Assembly (NCBI RefSeq): GCF_036321535.1
Contig: NC_087437.1
Coordinates: forward strand, 107,820,001 to 107,884,000
Reading direction: 5' to 3'
DNA: 64,000 nt
From: Camelus dromedarius
Taxonomy: Eukaryota
The notes beneath the pieces were generated by a model. That model was not told where the DNA came from. It did no database searches and saw only the letters and a list, made by a program, of their open reading frames with translations. Made by a program: the position numbers and the translations under genes. Positions 13,530 to 27,359 of the stretch are shown here, one piece after another; positions within the stretch are counted from its first letter, which is position 1; the number at the start of each line of letters is the position of its first letter.

Positions 13530-13670
13530 TAAATCTCCAGAAAGTTAGTTATAGTAAAAAGAAGCCTGGTCGTAAATTCAGGGGACATAAATTCTAGATT
13601 TGTCTCTGTCACATAATTGTCGTGTGCCCTTAAGTAGAAAATTTCAATTTTATTATTCTTAAAATGAGAA
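13530..13670. mobile_element. Probable MIR SINE
   Basis: MIR core-like 'ataaattctagatttgtctctgtcacataattgtcgtgtgcccttaag...ttcttaaaatgaga'. Confidence 0.5.
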
Positions 13671-15667
13671 GAAAAAGCCTGTCTATTTGTCGTATGAATT
13701 AGTATGAATATCACGTGGTCTAAGGTCTATGAACATATTTAAGGTATTTTCTTTCCATTAGTTATTTCAAGTTGGGTTTTTGCACCATAACTTTTCTGAA
13801 GATTTTATATTAAACAGTATTTGTTTCCAAGCTTTTGTTGGTTAAAATTATTATTCGGTTGTTATTGTAATGGGCTTTTATCTTGGAATAATGTAATGGG
13901 CACCAAGAATTCCTCATGACTCTTCACTGATGAAGTTTTTTTAATTTTTAATCATGAACCTTCTTAACTATTATTTTAAGTTAAAAAAAACAAACTATTA
14001 GTACATAAATGTTAAATACATTTTGTTGAATTCTATAGCTTACTAGATAATAGATGTCAAACTTTAGATATTGATGGTAAATATAATTCAGACATACTAG
14101 ACATGTCTTGGAAATTCAACAATGAGTAGATTATATACCATTTTTCACATTGGCATTAAAAATCTTTCCAAGCATTTTACAGTATTTTCTTAGTGAAAAG
14201 AATATAGGTTCAAGCAAGGAAGTAAAACTTTGAGGAAAATGCCACCATGTTAATTTGCCTATTGATTTTGAAGACTGCAGGAGTCTCATGGTCACTATGA
14301 AATTTACAAAATTCCACTAGTTAAATAAAAACTGTACCTTCATTCTTTTTTCAATGTCAATATCTGTCTGTCTGTGCTTATCCTCATTCACAAAAGAAGA
14401 TCTAACAAATTATAAGGAAGCAGTCATTTTCAGAAAGTGTCCCAGCAGATACATACATTTTAAAATTTTAGAATCAAAGAACTCCAAATTGTTTAAAGCA
14501 ACATTTGGAAATTTGATGATAAAAATATATTTCCACAGACAATAGCTTTATATATTTTCTGTTTGGGCAATAACTAGCAGGATAAGCAAAACACGATGTA
14601 ATATCAATGCTATGTGTGTCAAAACTGGGCATAGAATTTGGGTACATTCACGTAGCACAGAGATTTTAGATATTCTCTCCTTTGGTAAAAAATATTTACT
14701 GTCAGATCTTTTTTTTGCTGCTAATTCCTGTCTAAAGGCAATAGAAACAGCATATTTGAATAAAATATATGTACTGTCCCCTTAAGTAACTTCATATCAA
14801 ACTATCATGTTATTTATGTTATTCTATATAAAAATTTTGGAATGGAGGCAATTTTATCTTCATAGAAGTAAATGTAATATTTTGTTATTCCTCTATGTCT
14901 TACTTGAGCTTTTCACTACTTTTTGCTATTGTTTACAATGTCCCTTCCCTAAAACATCTTTACTAAATATATCTGTTCATTAAGTAAATATTACAAAAAA
15001 TATCAAAATATCAAGTTATGAAATGGCTAAATTTCCTTTAATGAATGCTTGTTAATCACTAAAACAATGTCACTAAACACCAACTCTGAGTGATTTTTAG
15101 CAAATTGTCTTTACAATATGCACATGGAAGAAATGCTCAAGTTTTAAGTCTTTTAATATTTGTAAAACACACTTCTTTTTAACTTAAGAAGAAGAAACAA
15201 GTCAGTGATTGATGTCCTGTAGGTTAGATAAGTCTGTAATAAGAGCCCAAACACTGTCTTGGGTGGTGTATGAAACACACAACAATACATTGTCTTTCCT
15301 GGGGACACGGTAATAGTGATTTACAAGATAATGACTCCTTTGGCATTTCTTAGAGTCTTCCTAGCCTCAAGACCTAACCTCAGTTAGAATCCTAACCACA
15401 GCATATATCAAATCTGCTAGAAAGTAGATAAATTCAGCACAAAAGGAACACAACATATAATAGAATTAAAAGATGAAGAAGTACTTTTTTAAAGGGTACT
15501 TTTATATGACTTCATATTTTAGGCTATTATGGAAATCCCCCATGAAATTCATCCTGATGGAATTTTTTGACAGCTTAGTCTTACCATCTTATCATAGGTC
15601 CTGAAAAAATTATTTTATTTTTTTAACACTTTGTTCGATCATATATTCCCAATTCCTGGAATAGGGG

Positions 15668-15703
15668 ATGTGTTTGTGTGTGTGTGTGTATGTGTGTGTG
15701 TGT
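15668..15703 (+). repeat. Interrupted (TG)n microsatellite
   Basis: 'tgtgtttgtgtgtgtgtgtgtatgtgtgtgtgtgt'. Confidence 0.95.
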
Positions 15704-18700
15704 ATAAGGGCAGATGAATTCCCTTGGAAAGCAAAATCAGAAATCAAATAATAATTGCAAATGAATTGATTGGCATCTTTCTTGACAGTTCTTTAGGATT
15801 GCTCTTCTTCAAGTCAATGGATGGGATTCCTTCCAGTGTGGAAAATCTGAGACATGGGAGGGAGCACTTAGGTTTTCAAAATAACTGAGTAGTAGCATGT
15901 AGGTGGTAATTAATCATTTGTTTCTACACCTAATGACTCACATCTTCTTCCAGGAAAAAAAATTATAACACAAATTTTCTCATCAGTACTATTTGTTATT
16001 AAGAAAGAAAATGTGAAATGGATAATATAATTTGTATTTAATATGTCTCATTTGCAAAGATAATAAAATTATGAAGGTGATGTTTTCCTTTTACTTTAGG
16101 CTGCTCTCAAACGTCTTTAATTTGCTTTGATTAATAAATATTTGTTTTAATTTCTTACTGTTTAAAAAACTCAAAAGAAGAGAAGACTGTCTCAATTAAA
16201 TGAACACTATCATGATTCCATTAACTGCAGGTGTAATGCTATAACCTAGTCTTTAATATGAACTTTGGACCATCACTTTTTGACATTGAGGTGATGCTTA
16301 CTCTGACAGGCACATCAATTAGACATACAGGAAAGTTGTGATAACAAACAACTTTTTACTTTTTTTCTTGCACACCTTTTTGGAGTCCTCCAGAAATACA
16401 ATTTCTGATGGAGGAATTGCATTTTATTTTGATGTCCTATGTCACAAGGGGCTTTAGTGAATTCATGCTGGAGCCTCAGTTTTCTCAATGGGATGTTCTC
16501 TTTAGGCATGAACTCTTAGCTGAGTGTGGAGGCAGATAATGGTCTTGATTTTGGTGATCTCTCCACCTATTGTTTTCTCTGTACAAAGAATCTCTCTTTT
16601 GCTTCATTACTTCAGCACATGTATAACTTCATGTTCTATTGCCTTCCTCAAGCTTGATCACTTGTAGGTGACTGTGTGAGAAAATAAGATTGTGTGTGTG
16701 ATGGGGCTGAGGAAAATGGGAATGTATATTATTCTAGAAATAATGTTTCAATAGAAAGAAATTATCCTGAAAGGATGGATTCAGACAGGTGAACCAGGGT
16801 GACTAGATATTAAAAGGAGGCAATTTTGACTTCCTTCAAAAAGCAGGAGTTCAGGGATCCACCATTTGGAAGTCTGGCTTTCAGACACTCTTCTTTTAGG
16901 TAATCATAAGTCACAAAATTATAAAAATAAATAATTGACACAAATACACAATTTTCCTTCCCTGAGCAAACACAATTAACTTTTTATCTCTTCCTTTTTT
17001 AATTTGATTAGCCATATAGAGGTAAATGTATTTTGTTTTGTCTTCATCTACCAGCAGTCAAACATTTCATATCCTATAGTTCTAAATACTTCATACCATC
17101 TATACCATCATAGTCTATGTCTCAGCAAGCCCTCCTCTGCCTGAAGCAGAGAGGACTCCAATGCTCTTCCATGGCCCCAGAGTTACTCAGCCAGTTCTCC
17201 TTACTAGGAGAAGTAGGCAGACCTTCTTGGAGGTAGCTGGAACAGCAGGGAGAATGCATTTTGAACAAAATAAGACAATTATTTCTACTTCTTCAGTTGT
17301 CTTCTAGAGTCTCTCTCTTTTTTTTTTTTTTTTTTCTCTCTCTCTTCTACAGATGACTAGGGGGAAAAAAAAAGGGAAAGCCCAAAAGAAATCTCTGGTT
17401 AACTGGAGAACAGGAAATATGTGTCATTTCAAAACTCAATTTTCCATCAAGCCGAGTTGGTGGTGACACATCCTACTAATAAAACCATTTAGACAGGTCC
17501 TCACAAGCATGGAGTGTGTTTTTTTTTTTTAACTTTTATGGTGACTTCACTTGAAGGATGCTCTCAATTTGACGATTACTGAAAATGAATAAGAGATATT
17601 TATGAGCCCTAGGAAGCTAAAAAAAAGAGTAACTTTCTGTTGAAATTTTAATTTTTTGTGCTTCTGTTTTTAATTGTTTCTACCATGAACAACTTAAGGA
17701 ATTATCTCCCCTTTATATTAATCAGTATTATAAAGGTACCAAATGCACTGGGTGGGGAGATTGTCATTATTGGTGTGTAATGGAGGTTGCTGCCAGGGAA
17801 GACATGAGAATTGAGATATTATAAAAAGTGGACATTATATTTAATAACAAAAAAAGTCTAAATGACAAATTAAAACATACACTATGTTTTGTTATTATAT
17901 TTATTCATATGTTTATTCATATATTATAAAATAGCATGGTAGATACATTTTTAATTGAGTATATGACATTTTGAAACACTTTAGTGAAAAAAATGACATT
18001 TTTGAACTATGAGCAGGTAAACATGTGAGGGTTTGATTTTAATTTAAATGTCAATTCATATTTTAATTATGAAGTTAGAAAATAGATTGCTGCAATTTAT
18101 ATGCCAATCAAAAAGTAAAATAATAAAGTTACTTCTGACAATTACATTTTAAACATACAACCACAAAATTATGTAACTTATATTGCAAATGTTTTAATTA
18201 CTTTAATAATTTCTATCTCATGCTGATTGCCTGCATATCCATGTTTATATAACAAGCATATTTTTCACTATTGTTTTCTTCATCATTTTAACAGAATTTT
18301 AAAAATTATTTTAATAGGAGGGAACTGTGAAAATAACACTTATTTCTCTTGCAAAAAATAAAACTGCACATGTTTAATAAAATGATCCATTGAAAATGTT
18401 TTTTTCCACAAAGAGAACACAAATAACAAGATAAGCAAAATTAAAAAAATACAAAGAAACAAACAAAAAAAAACAAAACACAAGTCTTCTCAGGTCTTTC
18501 CCTGTCTCGAGGTCAACTACCTAAAATCAAAGTAATGACTGTCTGTATTTGGAAACTCTTACCTTAAGACTAAAATGTATTCAGAGAGGGTTGAATACAA
18601 AGAACTGAGCTGACAGAGCACATTTTTTGATTTACACCCTCGTGACCTCCTCATCTTTATAGATTTCAGGTAAAGCTCTTCTGAGTCCTGATGACAGAGT

Positions 18701-18839
18701 GATAAAATTTCACATTTGTATGGTATTTCCATTTATGGTGTCTCTCCACCAGGGAAAATTTGTGCAACTCAAAGTTCCCAGGATTATCCTGGAACTTAGC
18801 AATACTTAAAGAGGAAGAAAACTTAAGATAGAATGGAAA

Positions 18840-19900
18840 GATAATGTTTTCATTGCAGGAAAAGAGTGGGCCGTGACTGCAGATCAGGCTGCAGACCTAG
18901 ACAGAGGGCAGATTTAAGGAGTAGGTCTTCTTGTAAGTAAGTGTGGAACACCAAGGGATTTTACTCTAGAAAGAAACACAATGCTATTTATCCCATATTA
19001 CCCTTAAGTATTTGCTGACTCTGGCAGTCACTGTGCCAGGAATTTGGCTTCCATAAGTGAACAAAACAAGATCCATGCTCCTGCAGAAGTTACATTTAAG
19101 TATATTTCACCTTGATAAAAGGAAAAACATTCCAGTAAAAAAGAAAAAGAAAGAAAAGAAAAAGAAAACTGAAGAGTTTAAGGAGAATTGGGAGAGGAGG
19201 GAGGGAGGTGAAGATTGTAACTTTAGAGTGATCAGAATAATTTTCCTTAGAAAAGTTAAATCAGAACAAAAGCATGAGGAGGAGGAAGCAGTTAGCCATG
19301 GGGATATCTGGGAGAAGGTCATTCCTGGAAGAGTGACCCCAGTGTTCTTCCCATGTTCCAGGAATAACGTAATGACATTAACACGATTATGTGTTTTTAT
19401 TCAGTCATATTCAGCTGTACTGAGACATGGAGGAATCAGTGGGAACTTGTATTAAGCCAGGGCTGTGGCTTTGTAAATAAGTCCAGGGAAGGCAGAATAT
19501 ATGTATGTTCCTATATGACTGAAGCATTGTGCTGTACACCAGAAATGGGCACAACATTGTAAACCGACTACACTTCAATAAATTGTTTTTTAAAAAGGTG
19601 AATTAGTATCATCCAAAGACATACAATTCAAAATTAGGAGTTTTTAGGAAACAGAAACAGAGAGTTCTGAAAATGGAAATGAGGGGCAAAGAGGACATTC
19701 ATATCACCTCCAGACCTACTAGAATGAGGTCTGTGGGAGAAGAAACAGCAACTAACTGAGAGAGCTTTAGGAAAGGCAGTATTTTTAGGGGAGAACCAGG
19801 CTTGCCTTAAAGCAAAGAGATGAAGAGAGTGTTGAGTAGGACAGGAATGAGGGAAGGTGAAAGGATCAGACATGTTCAGAGCCTTATAGTGAAGAGTGAG
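18840..19900 (-). mobile_element. Cluster of degenerate L2 fragments
   Basis: 'taagtatttgctgact...cactgtgccagg...agtgaacaaaacaagatccatgctc...agttacattt' and 'gcagttagccatggggatatctgggagaaggtcattcctggaagag'. Interrupted by a short L1 tail. Confidence 0.65.
19497..19590 (+). mobile_element. Very short 3' end of a lineage-specific L1
   Basis: 'atatatgtatgttcctatatgactgaagcattgtgctgtacaccagaaatgggcacaacattgtaaaccgactacacttcaataaa' is the reverse complement of the 3' terminus seen at 52600-52685 and 55365-55450. Confidence 0.85.
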
Positions 19901-20062
19901 GAAGTAAAGGTGACCTGTGATTCAGGGAGTTTTTGTGGTACCAGGAATAACAGGTAAAAAATATAGTAAGATCTATTCTGGTAAATAGTACAGGTGAGTT
20001 TGGGGGAAGCCCTGAGTGTGGGAAATGAAGGGTGGGGCAGGGCTGGCCAACTCAAACACCTC

Positions 20063-20697
20063 TATTGAGATATAAATAATATATCATACAATTCATCCAT
20101 TTAATGCATATAGTTCGATGGTTTTTAGTATACTCAGAGTTGTGCAACCATTACCACAATGTAATTTTAGAACATTTTCTTCAACCTAAAAAGAAACTCT
20201 GAACCCCTTAGCATTCTCTCTCCTATCACCCTTCCTACCTCCCCATCCCCAGCCATAGGCAACCTTAATTCACTTTTTGTCTTATGTATTTGCTTACTCT
20301 GGACATTTCATATGAATGGAATCACAACATGTGGTGTTTTATACTGGCTTCTTTCCCTTAGCATAATGTTTTCAAGATCCATCTACATTGTAGAATGTAT
20401 CAGTAGTTCATCCTTTTTTATTGTTAAATAGATTCCATTGTATGGATAGAGCACATTTTTATCATCCATGCATCAGTTGGTAGATTTAGGTTGTTTCCAT
20501 TTTTGTGCTGTTATGAATCATGATGCTATGGACATTCATATTCAAATTTTTGTGTGGATGTATGTTTCTATTTTGAGGGGATATACAACATGGAGGATGC
20601 GCTGGGTCCTATGATAATGCTATATCTGTCATTTTGGGGAACTGTCAAACTTTATTTCAATATAACTGCCCCATTTTACATTCCCACCAGCAACATC
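20063..20697 (-). mobile_element. L1MB-like 3' UTR fragment
   Basis: 'tattgagatataa...catacaattcatccatttaatgcatatagttcgatggtttttagtatactcagagttgtgcaaccattaccacaat' through 'ccattttacattcccaccagcaa'. Confidence 0.85.
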
Positions 20698-20747
20698 TGA
20701 CCACAGTTAACGGAGGCAAAGAGGTCTATGAAAGCAGGTCTCTCTCT

Positions 20748-21125
20748 CTTTTTATTTTTAATTGAAATATATTCAGTTTACAATGTTGTACCAATTTCTG
20801 GTGTACAGCATAATGTTTCAGTCATACATTATCATGCATATATTCATTTTCATATTTTTTTCATTATAGGTTACTACAAGATATTGAATATAGTTCCCTG
20901 AGTTATACAGTATAAACGCATTATTTATCTATTTATATACAGTAGTTAGTACCTGTATATCTCGGACTCCCAATTTATTCCTTCTTACCCCCTTCCCCGC
21001 TCCATAACCATTAAGTTTGTTCTCTATGTCTGTGAATCTGTTTCTGTTTTTTAAATAAATTCATTTGTGCATTTTTTTCCTTTTTATTTATTTATTACTG
21101 AAGTATAGTCCATATACAACGTTGT
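20748..21125 (-). mobile_element. Two head-to-tail 3' ends of lineage-specific L1
   Basis: T-tail plus 'ttgaaatatattcagtttacaatgttgtaccaatttctggtgtacagc...' (20748-21070), then a second T-tail plus 'actgaagtatagtccatatacaacgttgtg' (about 21075-21125). Confidence 0.85.
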
Positions 21126-22882
21126 GGTCCCAATTCCAGTGTGTGAATCCCCTTGTGACCACGGAAGTTGGGGTTGAAAGTCTGGAAATGCCCTGATCTT
21201 AGACCCAGTGCCTGGGTTTACTCTTGACCCTGATGGGGAGGGGGAGGTTTTGCATCAGGAGCAAGGCTCTGCCTGCCTCTTGTCAATAAACATGAGATTT
21301 TAGGGCCCTTGAATGTTACACAGCATGATGTCCTCTCCCAGTTTCAGTGTCTGTTAATGGGGGCCAGGCAACACAGATTCATCATAAACAACCACTTCCA
21401 ATATTCACAGTGTCTTTGCAAAGATAACCCTGTTGTACAAAGGAAGAATCTGGGGTGTGAAAACGTTTTGAAAAACTTGCCCAAGTTCACACTGATTGCT
21501 ATCAGGGATTGTATAATTCCCTAATTATTTGCACAACCCATATCAGCACAAAAATCTTACAAGCGGAGCTATAACTTCCAGAACCAGAATGGTCCTCAGC
21601 AGTTTCTCTTTTATGTGTTCAGGAGTTATTCTAAGCGCTGCAGTTTTCATTGGCGCTGACATACACAGGCATCAACACAGAAACATCCCCTGAAATGTGG
21701 GAAAACATTCCATTAAGATGTTGTTAAGTGGCATCAAATAGGGATGACTAAAATAATGGGAACTGGGTAAGTTTATCATATTCTTAGTCACAGCGAGAAA
21801 CCACATTTCAAATGATTTCTTTTGGCAAGAGGTAATTAAATGTGATTTAACTGAACGCTGTAGGGAAGACACTTAGATGATTAATACCTAAGATGAGTGT
21901 GAAAACTGGCCTTTCAATCATGATTCACCTTTCTTCAAGAGGCTGTAAATTAGTGTACTATCCATATCTGAAATTAATCTTTTACTCTGAATGTAAACTA
22001 TATCGTTCTCGATGAATGATAAATGTTCTGAATATAGAAATGTTACATGCATTATGATCCACCTGTTCGGGAAACGAGAGATGTTTTATTTTTATTTAAA
22101 AAGAACTTATTAAAAAGTTGTAAGTGATCTAAATAATGGAAACTACTGAGTATATAAATTATGCACAATGACACAATATAATACTACAAAGTTGTCACAC
22201 ATCATGATGTGGAAAATATTCAATGACAGGAAAATTGTCAACAGTAAGTTATTAGTGGAAAATACAAGCAGATCACACAATGCCTCGATCTCGTGTTTGG
22301 AAAAGAGAGACAGATTGGGATAGATAGAGGTATCTTGATTTAAAAAACATTTATTTTTTAAAAAGTACACCAAATGATAACAGTGGTTCTCCTGGGTACT
22401 GGGAATGTAGACTGCTTTTAGTGTTTTCTCCCTTTTTGCACATCAGTAATTTCTAAGTTTCCCATAATCAAATGGATCAAAAGAAAATTAAATATTATGA
22501 AAAGATCCGTGATTCCAAATTATTTTGCCTATTTTGTATTAAGTGTTTTCTACTTATTGGTTGGTTTTTTTAATGTCGTATAGGATTACTACTTAGAAGA
22601 CAGTTACCATTTTAAAAAATCTTCTTCATCTGTACCAATATATTTGAGCAAAATTAAATAGAAAGCCAGAATTGAGAATATGTATTTTTAAAAATTTTAC
22701 AAAAATATAAAGTGTAAAATTTTATGTGATCTCTCTTGAATTTTTAAAATGGAAGCAAAGTGGATTATTCTTATGGAAGATCCAATCTGTTAGAAAAAAA
22801 ATTGATTGTACCACTGTGTTTTGTGCAGTCATACACTTTATACGTCTTGAAAGCAAAGTGCTGACAAACTTTTGTGATCCAA

Positions 22883-22900
22883 GCCTGCCCCCTGGTGTTT
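22883..22900 (-). promoter_or_regulatory. Candidate CTCF core motif
   Basis: Minus strand reads 'AAACACCAGGGGGCAGGC', close to the CTCF consensus CCACCAGGGGGCGC. It lies in apparently non-repeat sequence. Confidence 0.45.
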
Positions 22901-23954
22901 GGTCGGTACATGCTGCTGACAAAGCCAAATATGACTTAGCGCCCTCTTCAAAAACTGTTCAGAAGTAACTGTAAATGCAAATATGAAAATACTGCATAGC
23001 GATTTCCCTGTAGTACTCCAGGCATTTCCAATAGTGGCTCAAAACCACCACGTGTGCTTAAAGATAAAAATAAACAGGAGCTTGAGTTATCATGGAAATG
23101 TGGAAACCAAATTTGAGTCAATTCTCAACACTTTCTTAATTTGAAAACGAAAGAGTTACAGACTTGGCAGATTTGAGGGAGACTCTGTCGTAAGAAGTGA
23201 TCTGATCAATTTTTTTCACCGGGAATGAAGAGAATGGTGTGTCAGCATCGTGTTAAAGTCTGTTGGGTCTTGAACGTAAAGTAAAAGAAATAAGGACGCT
23301 GCCTAATCATAATATTGGTAAAAGTATTTTCTGCTTGTTTAATTCTGGGAGAAAGAATAATTAGAAGGAGAGTTCAAAGAGAGGATGTGAGGTGGAGCCC
23401 TGAAAGGGTAAGAGTTGCTTCGTCAGACAAGGCTGAGTCATCAGCCCCCTGCTTTAGGGGAAAGCTTTGTCATCATTGCCGCCGGGTAATTCATTATTGT
23501 AAGACAAAAAGCCACATTTCTTCCTCTCTGAGAGGCGGTGCTGATACTGACAGGGAGACTTGCACTAAGGATGGTGTTTACCGGGACCCGATTTAGGTGG
23601 TCCAGAAACAGACTTAACAACAATCACAGCACCCTAAGGGGCAGAAGTAAGAATACACAGCCCACAAGGATGGCACCCCATGTCTTTTGTGATGGCTTTA
23701 CAGGTTTTTATGACTGACAACATGAATCGCATCATTTCATCCTTTTCTGAAATACTGAAGCCAGAATCTTAAATTTTACAATTGTGTTACAAAATGTTTT
23801 GCCCATTATTATTACTTTAAAAAAGTATTCTGAAAAACTTGAGGTCATGTAGAACATTGAAGAACATGCAATGGAAGCAATCATGAATAAGATTTGATGT
23901 GGGACCCTTCAACGTCTTCAAAGAATGACCTATATGTTCATAATATGTCAAGAA

Positions 23955-24225
23955 CTTGGCTACTGTGAACAATTGCTGCAATGAACGTGGAAACACAGAT
24001 ATCTCTTTGAAATTTTGATTTCAGTTCTTTCAGATAGACCCCCAGGAGTGGAATTGCTGGATCATAAGGTAGCTCTGTTTTTAGTTTTTTAAGGAACCTC
24101 CATACTGTTTCCACAGCGGCTGCACCAGCTTACATCCTCACCCACAGTTTACTAGGGTTCCTTTTTTCTGCATCTTTACCAACACCTGTCTTTTGTTGTT
24201 GTTTTTATCATAGTTATCTTAACAG
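23955..24225 (-). mobile_element. L1 ORF2 end/3' fragment
   Basis: 'cttggctactgtgaacaattgctgcaatgaac...cccaggagtggaattgctggatcataaggtagctctgtttttagttttttaaggaacctccatactgtt', homologous to 53085-53350. Confidence 0.85.
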
Positions 24226-24234
24226 TGCCCTAGG

Positions 24235-24325
24235 TGTGTGCATATATCTAAACTCCCAATTGTATACATTAAAAATGGGCAGTTTTTGTGTATCATTTAT
24301 ACTTCAAAAGGCTGTTTTTTAAAAA
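24235..24325 (+). mobile_element. Old L1M 3' terminus
   Basis: 'catatatctaaactcccaattgtatacattaaaaatgggcagtttttgtgtatcatttatacttcaa'. Confidence 0.65.
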
Positions 24326-24899
24326 GTATTTGAGAAATACAAGGTCTGAAGTTTCAACCTCAGAGAAGCAGAATTAGAACCAAGGTGAAAGCTCCTTGAA
24401 ACTAGTTTGTCATCCCTTCATCAAGTTTTAGCCCTTGTAGTTGTCAGTTAGTGACGAAGTACTGCTCATATCAGCAAGTATAGTCAGGGAGGACACACAA
24501 AAAATTGTATTAATTCACTACTGTTCACACATAAGTTCTTTTCAACCAGATACTTTGCCAAAAATGAGACCAGACCAAACCAGCTACTCACGTAAAGACC
24601 AATGGTATGCAAGGTGTAAAACTTCTGGCATGGACAGAGCTGAAAATAAGAAATGCTTGAATACATTTTAAGACTGAAGGAAATTTAAGTATTAAGTTAT
24701 CCAAACCTATTCCTTTAATTTACACGTAAGGAAGTACATCTTGAAAATGTGGGTGATTTCCAAAGTCACGTAGATGGAAGCAGAACCAGAAATGGAATGA
24801 ACATTCAACCGTAAACCTCCCTGCATCTGCACCATCTTGTCTTTATTCCCTTTTGTTTAAAAAAAAAAAAAAAAAAGACCCCACTGATGGAAGGCTACT

Positions 24900-25140
24900 T
24901 CCTTCGTCTGGGCATTGAACCTATCCACCTGTCCTCTCACTAAGTCTTAGATTCCTCAGTTGTTTCCTCCGCCTTTCACCTAGATCCTTCTCCATCAGCA
25001 TTTAAATAAATCCAAGCCTTTAATATTTGAACAAAAATAAAATAATCTCTCCTTCCACCAAACACACTACCAGGTACTACCCTACCTTTCTGACACCTCC
25101 ACAGCCAAATGTCTTGAAAAAAATTCTCTATTGCCAGTCT

Positions 25141-25175
<35 letters not shown>

Positions 25176-26010
25176 TTCCACCTACTTCTTGGTCTACATC
25201 AGTGTGGGTCCTTTTCCATGGTTTCTTCCCACAACTCTTGTTGAAGTCCCCACTGACTTCAGTGTGCTCCTATATCCAGTGGAGTGTTCTCAGTTGTCAC
25301 CTCACTTGACATTCCAGCTATGTGCAACATTGTTAGGTCATTAGCTGTGCCCCTTTAAAAACACCTCATTTTTGTACTCTCAACCTTCACCTTTTACTGG
25401 GTTTGTCTTTGTTTTTGTTTTGTGCATGTGTTGTTTGTTTTACTGGCTGCTCATTTTCTATCTCATTCTCCTCCTAATCTGGAGCATTAATGGTTAGAGT
25501 TCTGCGAGGTTTGAACCCCAGTTCTCTTTTCTTCTGATTCTAAATTCTGTCCCCCGGAAATCTCACTTCTACATGTGGCTTTCATTACAAATGAAATGCC
25601 AGTGTTCCCAAGGTCACATCTACCTCTCAGACCCCTCCTCTGTGCACCTGACATGTTACACCAATTGCCTGACTGACTTCTTCACTTTGACAATTAAGAG
25701 ACATCTTTTGCCTAAAACCCTTTAGTAGATTTTCATTGTTTCGTGATTAAGGAACAGAACCTTTCCATGTAGCCTGCAAAGCTTTGCATAATTTGGCTCT
25801 TACTGATCTCAAAGGATTTATTTTGCATGAAGTACACACTCACTCCTCACCCCACTCAAACTAGCTTTCTTTTATCACGCTCCCTCCAATCAGGACTTTG
25901 CTCTCTGTTCCCTTTTTCTAGAAATTATTATTATTTTTTTTAATCTTTCATTCCCTCTTCTCCAGGGTAAATTCCTACTTGTCTTTCAGATCTTAGTTCT
26001 ACTGTCACTG
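24900..26010 (+). mobile_element. L2 LINE fragment (RT region to near the 3' end)
   Basis: Pyrimidine-rich sense L2 motifs 'tccttctccatcagcatttaaa','ctcagttgtcacctcacttgacattccagc','ggctttcattacaaatgaaatgccagtgttccca','aattcctacttgtctttcagatcttag'. Contains a long poly-T at about 25144-25172. Confidence 0.75.
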
Positions 26011-27014
26011 TTTTGGAAAGTTTTGTTTGTTCTGTACTGGCGTCGAAAGGACAAAAATACTGGGGGATTTTCCTCCTAATGATTTTTTGAAGCATTATTT
26101 TCTGAACACAAAACAGTTTTTTTCCCCCTTAGTATAAAAACATTAATATCATATCTATATTGATTAATTAATGGACACATTTTTCATTTCCATTTGAAAT
26201 ATTACATTTCATATAAAAGTTTACAAATAATGGCTTTTATTTTGATTTTTATCATAAAAATATTGCCTTGAAGGTATATTATGATGTAATGGTAATTGCT
26301 TGTAAGATAGTTAAATGTCAGTATTGAAACCTAGTCTTAAGCTGCCATCGTGTAAATATGAACGAAAGTTCACCAAACATGTATTTTATATTTTGTTTCC
26401 TTGCACATTGCAACTAATAAGGCAAGGAATGGACATATATTAGCAGCGTGTGTTGTTTCTAAACATCATAAACCAAAAATGGTAAATTATAACTCTTATC
26501 TCTATAATTTCATATTTGTTTATGTCACTGTTAGATTAGTGTCTTCATTAGTCTAAAAATGCTGTGATGGGTAAAGACTTTTTAAACCTATCATTTTGCC
26601 CTAATACCAAAGTACCTGATACCCAATAAACATATACTGACTGAATCAAAATGCATATTTGTTCATCAGAAGTGGATTTTGGCATATTTAGTGTCATCAA
26701 GCAGGAAGGACTCTGATACTGAGGTCCTGGTAGAAGAGTCATGAGTGATGATTCAGATTTTCATGAGCTTCAGGCCAATGGACTGTTTGTTTTTTCACAG
26801 TTGACAGAAGTGCTTGGCTTGTAGCCTGAGCTCTGTAAGCTGCTAAATTGTTAACAAAAGAAGGTAGAAATCACAGAGGAGATGGACTATTCAATTTCTC
26901 TTTTACTGTAGAAATGTTTTTACTCAAGGGAGTTCAACAGATTAAACAAGTAAGTATGGCTCTTTCAGACAAAAAGAAAGAAAAACAAAACCAAAAAGAA
27001 GTGCTGGTAATTTA

Positions 27015-27345
27015 AAATGCTGTGGCCACTGTGGAAACCAGTGTGATGGACCCTCAATGAATTAAACCTAGAATTACCATATGACCCAGCAATTCTATTT
27101 CTAGGTAGATGCCCAAAAGAATTGAAAGCAGGGCCTAGCAGGTATTTTTACACCAATGTTCACAGCAGCATTATTCACAATAGCCAAAAGGCAATCACAA
27201 CCCCCAAACCCATTGACAGATGAGTAAATAAATGAAATGTAGAATCTGCATGCAGTGGAATATTACTTACCCTGAAAATGAAATAAAATTATAACACATG
27301 TTACCACACAGATGAACACTGAAGATGTCATGCTAACTAAAATAA
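27015..27345 (+). mobile_element. L1M ORF2 end fragment
   Basis: 'gaattaccatatgacccagcaattctatttctaggtagatgcccaaaagaattgaaagcagg...aatgttcacagcagcattattcacaatagccaaaagg'. Confidence 0.9.
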
Positions 27346-27359
27346 GCTGTGATTTTTGC

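Noticed and set aside
16300..16405. Possible minus-strand exon bounded by ag and gtaagc
   Set aside because: All three frames contain stops and the acceptor is weak.
19057..19455. Lys/Glu-rich 132 aa ORF
   Set aside because: It derives from antisense L2 plus an A-rich simple repeat.
23315..23596. 93 aa ORF with Cys/His residues
   Set aside because: Non-ATG start, no real zinc-finger spacing and no supporting exon structure.
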